From positions 1 to 29,403 of the IMG/VR virus record IMGVR_UViG_3300020431_000444: DNA of 29,403 bases; one strand, given 5' to 3'. How positions within the stretch are numbered: position 1 is the first letter of the stretch; every line of letters begins with the position of its first letter. The DNA comes from a virus. Taxonomy: Duplodnaviria; Caudoviricetes. A program made the position numbers and the translations under genes. Shown piece after piece: positions 18,537 through 26,881 of this stretch. The notes beneath the pieces were generated by a model, which saw only the letters and a list, made by a program, of their open reading frames with translations, made no database searches and was not told the DNA's origin.

Positions 18537-20224
18537 TGCTTTTGCCCAGTTGCAGGATCAATGTAACAAGCTTCTGCTTTTGGTTCTTCTTTTACTTCGT
18601 TTAAAATACCATATCGTTTTCCAGCGGAACGGAACGTAGTTATTCCTCTGCATCCTTTTTTCCATGCAAGTAAATACAGGTCTTTGAATTCGTCGTAAGT
18701 AACGCTGTCTCCTACGTTGCAAGTTTTTGAAACAGCACTGTCAATGTAACCGGACACAAGCGCGAGTACTGCTACATGGTCTGCTGCTGGTGTTTCGTTA
18801 GCCGTCCTGCCGTGTACTCCTTGTCGATATGCATAGTCTTCTACTCTTTCAATGGTATGCCCATCAAAGTTTTGAATCGTCCGGTCATAAAACAACGAGT
18901 ACGGGGGTTCGATGCCACTGCTGACGTTATCCGCCGTTAATGAAATCGTTCCTGTTGGCGCTATACTTGTTAAATGAGAATTGCGTATGCCTTGTTGAGC
19001 AATCTTGTCTTTGATCGTTTGTGGAAGCGTTTTGATAAATCCCGACTGTAAATATTTATCTCTGTCAAACAGCGGGAATGGCCCTTTTTCGACGGCAAGA
19101 TCACAGCTTGCGCTGTAGCAATTGTTCCGCAATTCGCGCATTACTTTTGCGGTAAACCGCATGAACTCTGGGGAAGCATATTTGTAGCCACACATCTCAG
19201 CGGCATTCGCCAACCCTGTGATTCCAAGGCCCATTCTTCTCTTAGATTTCGCTTCTTCCTCTTGCTGTTTTAGCGGGTACGTGGTCCGGTCGATCACATT
19301 GTCCATGCTTCTGACCACGGTGAAAATATCGTTTTGATAAGTCTGAAAATCAAAGCGACTATCATCTACATATTTTACAAGATTAAAGCTGCCTAGTAAG
19401 CACGCACCATACGCTGGGAGCGGCTGTTCTCCACATGGATTAGTCGCTTCAATAGTTTCGGCATACCAAAGGTTGTTCATCTTATTTATGGTGTCAATGA
19501 ACAAAACTCCTGGTTCTGCCCAATCCCAAGTGGATCGCATAATTTGATCCCACAGTGCGACAGGATCGATTTCCTCATACACCTTGCCTTCAAACTGCAA
19601 GGGAAATGGTTTTCCAGCTTCTAGGCATTTCATAAAGTCGTCAGTGACGCCGACAGAGATGTTAAATCCTGTCAGGAAATGTTCATTATGTTTACAGCTT
19701 AGAAATGTTTGAATGTCAGGGTGATCGATCCTCAAAACGCCCATCTGTGCGCCCCTGCGGTGACCTGACGAGGCAATGGTCTGACAAACAGCGTCAAATA
19801 TTTGCATGAATGAGACAGGGCCAGAGGCTTTGCTTTCAAGCGACTTAATCATTTCCCCGCGAGGACGTATGCGAGAAAAATCGTAGCCTATTCCACCGCC
19901 TCGCCGCATTGTTTCAGCAGCCTCTGCGGCACGTTGCATCACACTGTCCATCGAGTCATCAATGGTTCCTGAAACAAAGCAGTTATACGCTGTTGTCTGT
20001 CTAATGCTCCCCATCGCATTCTGAACTCGTCCCGCTGGTAAAAACCTCAGATGCCGTAAAGCATCTTTGAAGTCTTCAAAATGTGTGGGACTGTCTTTGA
20101 GACTATCCGCAATACGAACTACCTTTGAATAAAAATCTTCACCTGTTTGACGGTATTTTATTGTATCTATTTCCTGGCTAATCGGGAGTGACATCCCATA
20201 CTGTTGGTTGCTTCCCAGCGTCAT
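18527..20224 (-). CDS. nrdJ: Class II (adenosylcobalamin-dependent) ribonucleotide reductase
   Basis: NCFV, TNPCGEQPL, ACLLGS, SIAPTGTIS; GITTFR where class I has the YY pair; C-terminal Cys pair; no beta-subunit gene nearby. Confidence 0.88.
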   Translation of the reverse strand: MTLGSNQQYGMSLPISQEIDTIKYRQTGEDFYSKVVRIADSLKDSPTHFEDFKDALRHLRFLPAGRVQNAMGSIRQTTAYNCFVSGTIDDSMDSVMQRAAEAAETMRRGGGIGYDFSRIRPRGEMIKSLESKASGPVSFMQIFDAVCQTIASSGHRRGAQMGVLRIDHPDIQTFLSCKHNEHFLTGFNISVGVTDDFMKCLEAGKPFPLQFEGKVYEEIDPVALWDQIMRSTWDWAEPGVLFIDTINKMNNLWYAETIEATNPCGEQPLPAYGACLLGSFNLVKYVDDSRFDFQTYQNDIFTVVRSMDNVIDRTTYPLKQQEEEAKSKRRMGLGITGLANAAEMCGYKYASPEFMRFTAKVMRELRNNCYSASCDLAVEKGPFPLFDRDKYLQSGFIKTLPQTIKDKIAQQGIRNSHLTSIAPTGTISLTADNVSSGIEPPYSLFYDRTIQNFDGHTIERVEDYAYRQGVHGRTANETPAADHVAVLALVSGYIDSAVSKTCNVGDSVTYDEFKDLYLLAWKKGCRGITTFRSAGKRYGILNEVKEEPKAEACYIDPATGQKQCD

Positions 20225-20517
20225 AAAGTAGTGTCTCCCTTTAGCTGATTAATTCGCATTTCGGCATAGCGAATTACTTTTTTTAAATCAGTTATTTCAG
20301 ATTGAGTTTTGTCGGCATTAGGGTATTGCTTGAACCCTGCCCGTGAGGCGTACTTAATTATATTACCGCGCCAGAATTCCATGTTGTTACGCATGATGTA
20401 GGTGATGGGTTCTATTTTCCATCGTGTATAATGACTGGGTTGGTTGATAAGTTCCTCTTCATCTTCTTTCAGTTTTCTTAACATGAAATCGTAATAGGGT
20501 TCTCTTTCGGCACCCAT
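20221..20517 (-). CDS. DUF3310 family protein (T7 gp1.7-like nucleotide kinase domain)
   Basis: INQPSHYT...IEPI...FWRGNIIKYASRAG...DLKK..RY; GGGAGG SD. Confidence 0.8.
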   Translation of the reverse strand: MGAEREPYYDFMLRKLKEDEEELINQPSHYTRWKIEPITYIMRNNMEFWRGNIIKYASRAGFKQYPNADKTQSEITDLKKVIRYAEMRINQLKGDTTL

Positions 20518-21239
20518 AGTTTCACCTCCCTCTTGTTAAAATCATAATCTGTGTGGCGAAGAATGCGCGATACTTGCGCTTGAATAAGCGCGTCTTTTTC
20601 TGAAAGACCTTGCTTATCAAATGCGGAAACAACAGAATTCCAATTACTGTTATTGGCTAAAATTTTTTCCGCTTTTTTTGGGCCACATGTAGGGCACCCA
20701 ATATAGTTATCAACACGGTCCCCAGTTAGTGTCTGGAAATAATGCTGATAATCACCTTCTTCTTTTGTGATCTTAGTTACTGATTGAGAATCAAAGTTGA
20801 AATGAAAACCAGGGATTTGTAATAAGTCTTTATCCTGACTGTAAATTACTTTGTACCCTTCAATAAGGGTTGGATGTGTAGCCAGTATTCCTAGTAAATC
20901 ATCTGCCTCTAAATCATCTCTTTCATAAGTGTTATATTCTTCGGTTACCCAATCTCTTAGGGGACCAAATGCTATTGGTTTACGGTTACCTTTACGATTA
21001 GCTTTATAACTAGGAAGTATTTCTTTTCGGAAATTGGTAGAACTGGTCAGACAAATAACAGCCTCATTTGTCTTTGTACTGCTTAGGATTTCATCAATAG
21101 AGGACCGTACTGTGTTTTTTGCTTCCTCCATATCTACCCAAGCGGCTACAACATTGTGAGCAAACTCTGCTGCTTCTTCAGCCGCTGTGGCAATCCGATA
21201 CAAAAGAATATCACCATCAATTAAAACCGTTTTTTTCAT
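20478..21239 (-). CDS. 5'-3' exonuclease, T7 gp6-like
   Basis: LIDGDILLY, NFRK...YKANR, LEADD, SQDKDL and GDRVDNY.G motifs. Confidence 0.93.
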   Translation of the reverse strand: MKKTVLIDGDILLYRIATAAEEAAEFAHNVVAAWVDMEEAKNTVRSSIDEILSSTKTNEAVICLTSSTNFRKEILPSYKANRKGNRKPIAFGPLRDWVTEEYNTYERDDLEADDLLGILATHPTLIEGYKVIYSQDKDLLQIPGFHFNFDSQSVTKITKEEGDYQHYFQTLTGDRVDNYIGCPTCGPKKAEKILANNSNWNSVVSAFDKQGLSEKDALIQAQVSRILRHTDYDFNKREVKLWVPKENPITISC

Positions 21240-21248
21240 TGCATAATA

Positions 21249-21269
21249 CCTTACAAATTACAGGGAATA
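21249..21269 (-). promoter_or_regulatory. Junction motif B, copy 3 (TATTCCCTGTAATTTGTAAGG)
   Basis: Intergenic, before the exonuclease; matches copies at 23055 and 26861. Confidence 0.5.
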
Positions 21270-21277
21270 AGACAGGT

Positions 21278-23044
21278 TTAATGGGTGTTCGCCCAGTTAT
21301 TACCAACGCGATATTCGCCAGTGATGGGAACCCTGAGGTTGAACACCTTACCAGCTTCTTCAATCGCCTCGACAGCTATCTGACCTACTTCATCAGCAAG
21401 CTCTGTCTCGGTTTCAATTTGTATCTCATCGTGAACCCACGCTACTTGTTGGACACGATCCTGTAATGAACGCGCTTTGATCTGTTTATCAAATTCAATG
21501 AGCCATTGTTTAGAACACAGGGCACCACTGCTTTGTAACAAGACATTTAGCGCACGATGCGAAGAACGTATTGAAAGCTTTCTCTTATCAAGCCCTAAAA
21601 GATATCCGCGATTTTCTGCCGTATCTTTGACCAAATTGATGAGCTTGCGGAGACCATCGTTTTCCGAAAGGAACCGATTCTTAACGACAGTAATTTCTCT
21701 TTTCGGGAGTGCGGTAACTTCAGCCAGCTTATTGATGCCAGCACCATAAATGAAAGCATAAATAAAACGTTTGCTAATATCCCGACTGTCCAGACCAGCA
21801 GCATTTTGGTTGTGTGTATGAATATCGCCATCGACTACCACCTTTGCGTAAGCTCCCTGATCTAAGGGAGCGGTAAAATGCCCAAGCATTCGCAACTCAA
21901 TGCCGCTCATATCAACACCAACTAGCGATTTGCCTTCAGGCACACAAAATAATTCTCTACATTCTTTTCCATAAGGAGCATGAACCGCTGGAACTTGTTG
22001 TAAGTTTGGGGTTCGCATCGAAGCCCGACCTGTCACAGTGCCGTTTATAATGACGCTGCCGTGTATGCGGTTTCCTTTAAGTGCGCCAAGCCAACTGTTT
22101 TTTCCTTCACTCAGCATCCCTAGGCGCTTCTGAATAATGAAGTATTCGACCATCAGTTTTGCCTGGGGAAACCCCACAGAACGGAGAGTGGTTTCATCTA
22201 CTTTAGGATGTCCATCAGGGGTAGTTTCTTTAGGTTCCCAGCCGAGTTTTTTAAGTCTGTCCGCTACATGAAAACGGGAACCTGGATTAAAAACATTGAG
22301 TTTAACTTTGCTGTATGTACATCCTTTGACCTTGGATGCCGTCGTCGCATCCTTATAGTTTATCGTGCGGTTGGGCGTGACTTCTCCACACGGCGACCAC
22401 CAAGGGGTAAACACAGCCTGAAGCTCAGTTTCAATCTCTACTCTTCGGCGCGATAGCTTTTGGCACAGGTTCAGTGCCTTGGATTCATCAAACATGAAAC
22501 CGTGACGCTCTTGTCGCGATATAAGCCACTGTACTTTATGCTCAAGGCAAATGGCTTTTTTAGAGTAGTTTTGAGATTGAATTAGCTCCCAAAGTTTAGC
22601 GGTGACTTCTGTGTCTTGAATACAGTACTCCAGCATCTCAGTGCTGAAGCTGTCCCAGCCCCCTTGGTAGTCTCCTTTGTAACACTTTAAGCGGTGTCCC
22701 CAAGCGGCTAGTGAATGTGAGCCTTTGAGCTTGCTGGGAAACTCTACTTTTCTAGAGTGGTCAGTCTCCGAGAGATCAGTCCAGATAAGACGGGAACAAA
22801 CTAAAGTGTCTACAACTTTATCTTCAGGATATTCAAACCAGGGGTATAGCCTGGCGATAAACGGAAGATCAAAATTTATTAGGTTGTGACCGACCAATCC
22901 ATCTTTAGACATGATCGCGTGGAGTCCATCCTCAATCTGAGAAGGAGTGTATGTCTCAACCTCGTTGGTATCGCAGTCTCTAAGGACAACACAATGAATG
23001 GAATTTCCATTTAAACCTTCGGTCTCTATGTCAAGTACATGCAT
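21278..23044 (-). CDS. Family A DNA polymerase with 3'-5' exonuclease, T7 gp5-like
   Basis: Exo motifs LDIETEG, GHN..NFD, YCIQD; polymerase motifs DMSGIELR, RDISKRFIYAFIYG, VHDE. Confidence 0.97.
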   Translation of the reverse strand: MHVLDIETEGLNGNSIHCVVLRDCDTNEVETYTPSQIEDGLHAIMSKDGLVGHNLINFDLPFIARLYPWFEYPEDKVVDTLVCSRLIWTDLSETDHSRKVEFPSKLKGSHSLAAWGHRLKCYKGDYQGGWDSFSTEMLEYCIQDTEVTAKLWELIQSQNYSKKAICLEHKVQWLISRQERHGFMFDESKALNLCQKLSRRRVEIETELQAVFTPWWSPCGEVTPNRTINYKDATTASKVKGCTYSKVKLNVFNPGSRFHVADRLKKLGWEPKETTPDGHPKVDETTLRSVGFPQAKLMVEYFIIQKRLGMLSEGKNSWLGALKGNRIHGSVIINGTVTGRASMRTPNLQQVPAVHAPYGKECRELFCVPEGKSLVGVDMSGIELRMLGHFTAPLDQGAYAKVVVDGDIHTHNQNAAGLDSRDISKRFIYAFIYGAGINKLAEVTALPKREITVVKNRFLSENDGLRKLINLVKDTAENRGYLLGLDKRKLSIRSSHRALNVLLQSSGALCSKQWLIEFDKQIKARSLQDRVQQVAWVHDEIQIETETELADEVGQIAVEAIEEAGKVFNLRVPITGEYRVGNNWANTH

Positions 23045-23054
23045 TATGTCATCC

Positions 23055-23075
23055 CCCTACGATTAACAGGTATTA
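23055..23075 (-). promoter_or_regulatory. Junction motif B, copy 2 (TAATACCTGTTAATCGTAGGG)
   Basis: Spans the HTH gene stop codon and the DNA polymerase RBS. Confidence 0.55.
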
Positions 23076-23423
23076 CGATAAAGAATATTCGGCGTAGGTA
23101 CGCCCTTGCCCATCGTCTTTAATTGTCTTGGCAATAGAATGTCCATCTTGGCGCAGTTCAAAAATACGAGCGGCAAGTCGGTAAACTCCAAAAACGCCCA
23201 TTGCCTCAAGAGGACTAATAGATTTTCCAGCTTTTAGGTGTGTTAATATTTTATCATTTTGGGACTGTTGGTTTTTCACTTTCCACCCTCCTTCTATGTT
23301 ACGAACTTGAGCCATCACTGACTCAAACTCTGGGATTAATTTGTCATCTGTTACTGCTAGTATGGCTAGTTTCTCAGCACGTTCAAAAACGTCATCGTCA
23401 AAAGTCTTCAGCATCTGAATCAA
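23073..23423 (-). CDS. Helix-turn-helix protein (HTH_39-like C-terminal domain); likely alternative start at GTG 23279
   Basis: SQNDKILTHLKAGKSISPLEA..FGVYRLAARIFELRQDGHSI; strong AGGAGG before the internal GTG. Confidence 0.8.
   Translation of the reverse strand: MIQMLKTFDDDVFERAEKLAILAVTDDKLIPEFESVMAQVRNIEGGWKVKNQQSQNDKILTHLKAGKSISPLEAMGVFGVYRLAARIFELRQDGHSIAKTIKDDGQGRTYAEYSLS
23355..23366 (-). promoter_or_regulatory. Candidate promoter, motif A variant (GCCATACTAGCA)
   Basis: One mismatch; upstream of the HTH internal start and DNA polymerase. Confidence 0.55.
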
Positions 23424-25014
23424 CCTCCAACAAGCGTCCAGTATCGCGATTAAATTCTAGCGTTGTCGCAATTCCTGTCTCGCCACAAAAGCGATTTTTT
23501 AAAACTCTAATTGTAGTGCGGTGCGCGTTATCTGAATCTTGCTGGTTCCTTTCGCAACCGCACACAATATCTGAGAGATGCCCGATTGCTCCTGACCCTC
23601 TAAGTTGAGCTAACGAGGTCTGACCTCCTTCCTCATGTGATTTTCCTTCAGGACGTTTCAAATGAGAAACGAGGATCAACCCCATTCCGGTTTCTTCTAC
23701 TAAGCTTCTAAGTCTTGTCATAATGGAATCGATCAGGAGTCGTTCCGAACCCATGTCGTTTTCCATGTTGTCAGATACGACAATACTGAGGTGATCAAGA
23801 ACACAGAAGGAACAACCCATTGCTGCGAAATAACGAACTCTTTCGAGAAGATTGTCACTACCAAGACTACCCCAATGATCATAAAGAAATAACCGATTAG
23901 AAGCGACGACACGATCAAAACCATCTCGAAGAGTATCTTCTGGAATATCATCGAAATTGAGGTTAAGTCGCTCATTAATTTCAATTCCGACCAATGTTCT
24001 AAGAGTGTGTCGTATGCTTTCCTCAAGGCAGATAAGTCCAACGGTCTCTCCTTGTGTTAGCAAGTGATGCGCGATTTCTTTAACGATTGCGCTTTTTCCA
24101 ATACCACTGCCAGCAGTAAAAACTGTAAGTTCTCGTTTTCGCAGTCCCCTGGTTTTTGAATTTAATCCTTCCCAGGGATACGGAACACTTTGAGTGTCAT
24201 CATTTCTGATGAATTCATCCCAAAGTTCTGGCCCCGAAACGATACCGTCAGGTCTGTATTCCTTGGCTTGCCACATGGCATCGATGATTTCTTTTCCGCG
24301 ACCAGCTTGCAACATTTCGGATGCGTCGTTAAGCGGCAACCGAGCGACCTTGCAGCGACCAGCAGGGAGTAAAGGAGCGCACTCAGCTACAGCGGCTTCA
24401 CCCGCTTCGTCGTTATCAAACATCAGTACGATGGTCTGGAATTTTAAAAGGTAATCTAGGTTTCTTTTTATAACGCCAGCAGCACCCGCGCTCCCAGTAC
24501 TCACGCTGACGACAGGCCATTTATTATTCTGAACTTGTGACACAGAGAGCGCATCTAGCTCACCTTCTGTCACCACTATCATCTTTCCTTTTGACCAAAG
24601 GTGTTGCCCATAAAGTCCAGCTTTTCTGATATTTCCTCTTGTGAATATCTTCTTATTTTTTTTGCGGATTTTTTGGGCAACGATTTTCCCGTCAACAATA
24701 TAATTTGCAATTTGACACGGTTCGTCACTATGCGTTCCGATTTGATATCGCCAGTGTTTACATGTTGCTTCTGTCAGATTTCGTGACGGTATGCTCTGTG
24801 CTTCTCCTTTCTCGAATACAACTTTTTCGATTTTATTTTCCTTTGGCGAAAAATCGATGACCTCAGAGAAGTCGCCATCTGGTTGCGGCGGCGGGGTATA
24901 CGTGTGACACCCGAAACAATACGTGTGCCCATCTGAGTACACTCCAACGTTGTCCTTGGAACCGCACTTGTCGCACGGCGCTTTTGATACAAAACTTTGC
25001 GGCTCCTCAGACAT
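23398..25014 (-). CDS. DNA primase-helicase, T7 gp4-like
   Basis: Zn ribbon CDKC..CFGC, TOPRIM TEGELD and FDND, Walker A GSGIGKS, DHLS, LRGSG, KNR. Confidence 0.97.
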   Translation of the reverse strand: MSEEPQSFVSKAPCDKCGSKDNVGVYSDGHTYCFGCHTYTPPPQPDGDFSEVIDFSPKENKIEKVVFEKGEAQSIPSRNLTEATCKHWRYQIGTHSDEPCQIANYIVDGKIVAQKIRKKNKKIFTRGNIRKAGLYGQHLWSKGKMIVVTEGELDALSVSQVQNNKWPVVSVSTGSAGAAGVIKRNLDYLLKFQTIVLMFDNDEAGEAAVAECAPLLPAGRCKVARLPLNDASEMLQAGRGKEIIDAMWQAKEYRPDGIVSGPELWDEFIRNDDTQSVPYPWEGLNSKTRGLRKRELTVFTAGSGIGKSAIVKEIAHHLLTQGETVGLICLEESIRHTLRTLVGIEINERLNLNFDDIPEDTLRDGFDRVVASNRLFLYDHWGSLGSDNLLERVRYFAAMGCSFCVLDHLSIVVSDNMENDMGSERLLIDSIMTRLRSLVEETGMGLILVSHLKRPEGKSHEEGGQTSLAQLRGSGAIGHLSDIVCGCERNQQDSDNAHRTTIRVLKNRFCGETGIATTLEFNRDTGRLLEVDSDAEDF

Positions 25015-25019
25015 ATCGA

Positions 25020-25460
25020 TTATCCCTCTTGTTGTTTAACCCACCATTTCTGTACATCGAATCCAGGGCAAATTTTCTTGACTCCCGAAAAGTCTCGGTG
25101 ACCCAAGATTTTTGCTGTCGGATACAATTCTAGTATGTCGTTAATTAAATTTCTGAGGCTGGAAAATTGGGCGCCTGTGAAATCTTCAGTGCCGACAAGC
25201 GCAATTCCTACTGAGGTAGCGTTAAATCCGCGAACATGGGCACCCATCGTGTCGATGTCCCGACCATCTTCCACAGTACCATCTCGTCTGATAACTGAAT
25301 GATATCCGATTCCCAACCATCCTCGCTCCTTGTGCCAGCGGTCAATGTCATCAGCTCCGATATCCATGTCTGGCGGTGTCGCTGTGCAATGCACCACAAT
25401 AAAATCAGTTGCTTCTCTTTTTTTGGTACTCAATTGTTTTTCCTTGCTTCTTTTAGCCAT
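25020..25460 (-). CDS. N-acetylmuramoyl-L-alanine amidase, T7 gp3.5 lysozyme-like
   Basis: VVHCTAT, IGYH, GAHV.G.N, GHRD and CPGFDV zinc-amidase motifs; GGAGG SD. Confidence 0.95.
   Translation of the reverse strand: MAKRSKEKQLSTKKREATDFIVVHCTATPPDMDIGADDIDRWHKERGWLGIGYHSVIRRDGTVEDGRDIDTMGAHVRGFNATSVGIALVGTEDFTGAQFSSLRNLINDILELYPTAKILGHRDFSGVKKICPGFDVQKWWVKQQEG
25128..25139 (-). promoter_or_regulatory. Candidate promoter, motif A variant (GACATACTAGAA)
   Basis: One mismatch; inside the amidase gene, about 115 nt upstream of primase-helicase. Confidence 0.55.
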
Positions 25461-25948
25461 CCCTCCGGTATCGTTGAATGTGCGTATTCAAACCCGTGTG
25501 TCTCGCACCACATCGCGTAGGTTGTTTTTGATTGTTTGCTAATTTTCTGTTTAGGATTGCTGAAAACAAACCGAATGTCTTTTTCAGGATGTTGGTTTCT
25601 AATCAGCAAATGCTTTTGTCTATCAGCGGTAAGGAAGCGTCCTTTCGTTTCAACTATGATACCGTTTGGAAGACAGAAGTCTGGATGATACCGCGAAATT
25701 TTAGCGGGCTTTATATATTCAATTCGGTCATCGCGGTGTTCATAACGAAAAGGCACACCAGCATGTTTCAACTGGTGCGCCACTTTTTCTTCTAAACCAC
25801 TTCTGAAACCAAGCCGATATCCTACAGATTTAGAAGTCGCCTTTGTTGTTGTTGTTTTCCGTTTCGTCTTCCGTTTCGTTGAACGGGTTTGAGTCGTCTT
25901 CAAATGTGCCATCGAATTTGTAACCAGATTCCATCTCTTCAAAGCCAA
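25430..25948 (-). CDS. Endonuclease I (Holliday junction resolvase), T7 gp3-like; start uncertain (25912 possible)
   Basis: FRSGLEE, YHPDF, ETKGRF, DIRFVF and SKTTYAMWC motifs. Confidence 0.93.
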   Translation of the reverse strand: MALKRWNLVTNSMAHLKTTQTRSTKRKTKRKTTTTKATSKSVGYRLGFRSGLEEKVAHQLKHAGVPFRYEHRDDRIEYIKPAKISRYHPDFCLPNGIIVETKGRFLTADRQKHLLIRNQHPEKDIRFVFSNPKQKISKQSKTTYAMWCETHGFEYAHSTIPEGWLKEARKNN

Positions 25949-26459
25949 AGTCTTCAGTTTCTTGATTACCCCCTTCGATCAATTCAATAATTTGTACTGC
26001 TACAGGCTGGAGCTTCAGACCTTTTCGAGGCTTGTTGTATGCGTAAACGTCAAAACTCACTTTCATTTTTGTCCCTCCGTAAGGCTGAACATCAATTGGT
26101 TTTGGAGGTGCGGAGGTGTCAAAAAGTTTTGGACGGCGCTTCCAGGTATTGCCATCTCGGAGCTGTACATTTTTAACCCGAAGCTTAAAAACTACGTTAC
26201 CTGTTAGGTCACCAGCTTCATCGACTTCTTCTGTCCATAAGAAATTTTCTGTCGGTATTTTGTCTCCGACATGACCCTCGTAAAGCTTTGCGATTTTCTT
26301 TTGCAGCGGTGCTGCTTCCTTTTTCGGCACACGCAAATCAGCTTTATAGATGCCGAGATCGTGAAACTTTTTGTCTCCATCGCCGTGTAACCAAGGGTAC
26401 ACAGCCTCACCCAGAGGCGTTGAGAGGCGAGGGCTTTTGTTGTTAGTGGATTGAGCCAT
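25830..26459 (-). CDS. ssDNA-binding protein, T7 gp2.5-like
   Basis: TP.GEAVYPWL, YKADL, GG, LQPVAVQIIEL; acidic tail ending in Phe. Confidence 0.9.
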   Translation of the reverse strand: MAQSTNNKSPRLSTPLGEAVYPWLHGDGDKKFHDLGIYKADLRVPKKEAAPLQKKIAKLYEGHVGDKIPTENFLWTEEVDEAGDLTGNVVFKLRVKNVQLRDGNTWKRRPKLFDTSAPPKPIDVQPYGGTKMKVSFDVYAYNKPRKGLKLQPVAVQIIELIEGGNQETEDFGFEEMESGYKFDGTFEDDSNPFNETEDETENNNNKGDF

Positions 26460-26718
26460 TATAGTCTCCTGTCATTCGATTTGAGAGCAAGCCTAACAGC
26501 GATGTGACGAGAAGTTGGGTCTGTCCCCAAGACAACGCAACACAGTCACTTTCATTTTCAGTCAACCCCGATTCTTGTTGGATAAAAATTCCTGTTGGGC
26601 CACAATAAAGCGCGGTGTTTAGCGGTGCCCCCTCGTCATACGGATCGTTTTCGCTGTCGTTAAAAAGAGGAACGACATTGTCCGGAAACTCGCGGTCATC
26701 ATCGTCATCATTCGTCAC
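26443..26718 (-). CDS. Acidic hypothetical protein
   Basis: GTG start with GGGGAGG SD; NVVPLF motif; 91 aa. Confidence 0.7.
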   Translation of the reverse strand: MTNDDDDDREFPDNVVPLFNDSENDPYDEGAPLNTALYCGPTGIFIQQESGLTENESDCVALSWGQTQLLVTSLLGLLSNRMTGDYNGSIH

Positions 26719-26851
26719 AATAATCCTCCCCGAATTCAGCCATCAATTGCTGAAACTCATAATCGTCAATATCTGTATCCAAGAGGGTTCCCTCCATTTT
26801 AGTTTTCAAAATTCTTCTTAATTCTAGTATGGCGTGTAATGTTGCATCCAT
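26708..26851 (-). CDS. Small hypothetical protein, 47 aa (not in ORF track)
   Basis: AAGGAG SD, then MDATLHAILELRRILKTKMEGTLLDTDIDDYEFQQLMAEFGEDYCDE; overlaps the next gene's start. Confidence 0.7.
   Translation of the reverse strand: MDATLHAILELRRILKTKMEGTLLDTDIDDYEFQQLMAEFGEDYCDE
26822..26833 (-). promoter_or_regulatory. Candidate phage RNAP promoter, motif A (GCCATACTAGAA)
   Basis: Exact copy just downstream of the RNAP gene. Confidence 0.7.
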
Positions 26852-26860
26852 AATACATCT

Positions 26861-26881
26861 CCTTACAAATGACAGGTATTA
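26861..26881 (-). promoter_or_regulatory. Junction motif B, copy 1 (TAATACCTGTCATTTGTAAGG)
   Basis: Spans the RNAP stop codon and the next RBS. Confidence 0.55.

Noticed and set aside
1294-26410. Short alternative-frame minus-strand ORFs nested in known genes (1294-1500, 8182-8442, 15399-15587, 21595-21831, 23733-24041, 24774-24992, 25208-25399, 26204-26410)
   Set aside because: Fully contained in conserved genes, with no motifs or other support.
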